From the NCBI RefSeq assembly GCF_000150275.1, contig NW_002060945.1, positions 7,939,112 through 8,003,111 on the forward strand: a stretch of DNA of 64,000 nucleotides, given 5' to 3'. Shown piece by piece: positions 58,563 through 64,000 of this stretch (position 1 is the first letter of the stretch; every line of letters begins with the position of its first letter). The DNA comes from Trichoplax adhaerens. Lineage: Eukaryota > Animalia > Placozoa. The notes below the pieces were generated by a model that saw only the letters and a program-made list of their open reading frames with translations, searched no databases and was not told the origin of the DNA. Both the position numbers and the translations under genes were made by a program.

Positions 58563-61204
58563 CTGTTATCATCTTCTTGAATAATTCGACTTAAAGATAC
58601 TACTTTGGGTAGCATGTAAAATCCTAGCAGTATCGCCTTCATAATGTAATGTTTTACATGTCGGAATACGATATCCTTAAAGTATACTTATATCGATATA
58701 ATACTAGTATACTGTTTTAATAATGACAATGAATAATTTTTTAATACGTTACTCTTCATTGAAGCATTAAGGCATACTATCGGTCATCTTCAAATACAGT
58801 AATTCTATGTAAGATTAAAACACTCTACGGTTTAGAAATCATAGTTCAACTTGGTTAAATTTATCGTGATTTGACTCTAAAGACACTTGAAAATTCCAGT
58901 CTTGTAAGTTAAGTATTAATAAATTTGGTATTTATATTAATTCTATATTTACCAATTTATATTAAGCAAAGAATCTGCACGTGCAATTTGTAATTATAAA
59001 TCACAATCTTTTATTAATCCATATCAAATAAAGATTTTACTGATGTATTATTCCGTAAAAATTAAAGAGTAGGCTATCTGACTTTACTGCTACCCATTCA
59101 TTATTACGATCTTAATTATTTAAACCCTAAATGAGCTGCGTAATATATTAATTATATTTATCGTGGCTTCATACCCGTATGCTACAGATGACTAGTGCCA
59201 TATGTCACTACCACTGTAGCTGCTCCAGGTACTAAGCTAAATATTTCTGATAGCTTCTTCGTGTTGGATTTAAGTTAGCGAGCAACTCTAACCTGAAAAT
59301 ACAATACACTTTATCAAACTTTGTTCAAGGTGTAACAAATAACGTAACGTATTCTTCATCTGGAGACGTTGAAACATGTTTCTCATTTATATTCATAGCA
59401 TTATTATGATCGAGCACTTTTTAATTACCATATTGGAACCTCAAAGTTTCTTCATCACCTCAATCTAAGATATTTAAGTTGTATCGTGTATATATTTTAA
59501 GAGTGTCATTGATGCAAGGAGGCATTCAGTTAGAATGATGTAGTTTAGATGGAAAATTGTATAATCAGATTGCTCTATTAAGCTCATTTAAATTACTGGA
59601 AATTGCCCCTGTATCTAAGTAATAGATTACGTTTTAAAAATGCTTATTGCAATTGAACTAAGACATTTAACTCTCAGGATAAATAAATTTAGAATTTTAA
59701 CTATTCCGTTATATCTAACAACATCTTTATATTGAGATCTATATTAACGATTTCGATATTATCTATGAATCTATGATAACACTAATTGAGCTGATTTTCT
59801 TGAATTATATAAATTAATGACGATTATATAACGATATCGTATAACACTGGACTTCTAAACCATTTTTAATAACTTACTAAAAGACCAAAGAATTCCACTA
59901 AGAAATAATCTACAACTACTATATATGTATACGATCGTATACTGTACTATACTGTACGCAGATTTGAGAGAAAATTTCTATCGAATATTCGATAAATTAA
60001 ATGTTTGATATCGTAATTATAAATTCGTAATGTGCAATTAGTACTTGCATAGAGAAAGACTATCTGTTTTATATTTTCGGCTGTCATGACTCCGTATTGT
60101 TGTAGTTATCAACTTTTCTTAAATGAATAGCTCTCTATAGTATACATTAGGTGGTACAAATTAATACTGTACAATACAGCATAACTAGGCAGAGTAGAAC
60201 ATTACTACGCTATACTATACGCTAAAATATGGCCTCATTTATATTATAAATATAATATAATTTTTAGATAGCAGTGTTAGTAGATTAGTAAGAGGACACA
60301 ACAAATAACTTTATCGAAGATAAAAACCGATTTATTTCACGCTTTAATAAATATACTGAGAAAATAGATATTTATAAACAGTATATTTGAAAACTCAGAA
60401 TATTGGCATATGCTGTATATCGCAAGAGATAAATCTCTTACTTTCATTCCTCTAGCTTCGCTCTCTGTTGATAATATAGTTGATTTAGCTAAAGTACTGT
60501 ACGTAAAATAAACATTTAAGCGATAAATACTGAAAACGCAGTTGTCAACAGTATCCTCTTGCAATATTAGTATAGTATAGCATTAAAAAAATGTAGTTGA
60601 TGCTACTTACTCTATTATATGCTTAACGCATGTTAGTGACTAATGGAAGGATACTATCGGCTGATTAGATTCTAACGACGTCTAAGATTCATAACACCGT
60701 ATACATCAAGTTACCTAGCGATCGCATTTAGCGTATTTTAATTCTCCAATATGCATCTGTTTTATGAAGCTATTTTAAAGTATTTTATAATTTAGAATGT
60801 ACTTAAAATAATTTGTACGATGTGCATATAATTGAGAGAGCATGTACGGTATAGAAGATACAGAATATAGATGAAATAGGAATCATCCATAAATACAGTA
60901 CATGAATACTATGTTACAAAGATCGCCTAAGCGACTTTCATTCAGTTTATCGAAATATTCATTAGTTATCTGTTCAAAACTATCTTGAAGAATACAATGC
61001 CAGATTGCCTATAATAACAGCCATATCAATTAAATTGCTCATATCATTGGTAACAAGTCAAAAAGTAAAAATTTCGTATATTTTGTGAAATCAATCATAG
61101 ATATTATGCATCTGTACATGCGTATTATGTAATATGATTCAATATAATAAGGAAACCGTTGACATTAGCAGGCAGAATCATGTACTATATAAGACCACTA
61201 TAAT

Positions 61205-61467
61205 AGGGGCGTGGCGAGCCCTCCAAAATGGTTGAAAGATGTTCAGCTATACACTAGTATTGCTATAAATTATGTCCTTAAATTTTGGCTCAAGTTCCAC
61301 GCAGACAAGTCAGTACAACCTTGAGCAATTGGCTCTCGATATTTTAATTACTTTTTATCGCAGTATTGAATAATTACATTTCTTTAAAGTTTCTAATACA
61401 AATTATCATTCGCTGTTACTTGTACGGTCGCTCTAACCATTTTACAAGTCACTTCGTAATACCGGTC
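61205..61467 (+). mobile_element. Dispersed repeat copy 2, homologous to 23322-23714
   Basis: AGGGGCGTGGCGAGCCCTCCAAAATGGTTGAAAGATGTTCAGCTA followed by collinear diverged blocks (gtcagtac.accttga..., tatcg.agtattgaataatt, ttttacaagtc..tcgtaata.cggtc). Confidence 0.55.
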
Positions 61468-62212
61468 TAAAATTGTACATGAACTAGAAAGTTTCAGATG
61501 GACAGACCTTTCGTACCGAATAAGGTCGAAAACGTCGAAAAATAGTGACTTATAGTACGGAACTTGTGTCTGTTTCCTTATTTAATACTTTAATTCAAAA
61601 AAAGAAAAATGATTTATGGCTTTATACAACTGCTTTCAAGTAGGAATTAGTCAAATAGAATAGAACTTAATGAAATATAACTAAATTTAGGAAATAACTA
61701 AGCCAATTATTGTACTGGCTCTGCTACTGAGACTAAAACGAATCGTTTGGAGCAGTTTTAAGACGACATGATGCTAAATGCATGATCGTCCGAGGACCCG
61801 TCCAGTCCAGGCAATCCATACTCCATGGTTACGACATATATAACAAACTTTAGATCCTTACACAGACTTTATGCTAGTAACGTCGTAATTAAAAAAAGCC
61901 GATAGATGTCATATGATTCGACTTAATTAAAATGAATACTGTAATGTACGATACATAAAGCTATAGAAGGAATGCAGCGACGAAGAATTGAAAAGTCTAA
62001 ATGAGTACATAGCAACACTACACGGATGAATCATCACAAAAGGTGAACAATATAGCAGTGTAGACCTAATCGTAACAATGATGCTTTGATGCGACAAACA
62101 CTAGCCATGTTAATACGTCCTGACCTCACTTTTATTATATTGAAAATTTTTGGGTAGTTACCATTATGTCAGTATGAGTACTCAAAGAAGCGAAGAACAA
62201 TTAAATTGGTCA

Positions 62213-62404
62213 GCTGCCATGACAACCCCATATAGATTTAAGCATCAACCACTAGGAAAGCCTTCTTCTATTGATCTATGGTTTAGGTCACGGTGGTTGC
62301 TATGATACGGTTTGATATGATAGGATCCTCGTCGCAAAACGCCTGTAAAAAATATAAAAAGAACAGTTTGTTACTACAACTAAACATATCGTTACTTTAG
62401 CAAT
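62213..62404 (+). promoter_or_regulatory. Promoter of alpha-tubulin copy 3 with three X-box-like motifs and a TATA-like box
   Basis: GCTGCCATGACAAC (62213-62226), GTTGCTATGATAC (62296-62308), TATAAAAA (~62353) and GTTACTTTAGCAAT (62391-62404). Confidence 0.6.
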
Positions 62405-62479
62405 CAGCCGTCGCTCTGCTGTTTACGAATTTTTTAACGTGATTTTCTCCTCTTGATTTTTATTCAACCATCATCTAAA

Positions 62480-64000
<1,521 letters not shown>

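Overview
AT-rich eukaryotic (animal) genomic DNA with short GT-AG introns, most consistent with a placozoan such as Trichoplax; the taxon is an inference. Reading and splicing the sequence by hand gives, from left to right: a promoter-like region rich in palindromes and CAGTA repeats (1.3-2.7 kb); two divergently oriented intronless rhodopsin-class GPCRs; a divergent alpha-tubulin that lacks K40 and the C-terminal Tyr, lying head-to-head with an 11-coding-exon DLEC1/CFAP81 orthologue; a 10-exon PAXX (NHEJ factor) gene that the ORF track misses; an intron-rich integrin alpha without an I-domain; METTL2; a 10-unit ~100-bp minisatellite carrying CRE sites; and three near-identical tandem alpha-tubulins, the last cut by the window end. 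The main points of interest are PAXX with an intact Ku-binding tail in a probable non-bilaterian; a gene neighbourhood whose human orthologues lie in the HOX-bearing paralogons (DLEC1 next to an integrin alpha, like human DLEC1-ITGA9); RFX X-box-like motifs at DLEC1 and at one tubulin paralogue; a mosaic gene-conversion pattern among the tubulins; and promoter-associated CAGTA/TACTG hairpins. No prokaryote-type system (CRISPR etc.) was found. All homology calls are from motif recognition, not database searches.
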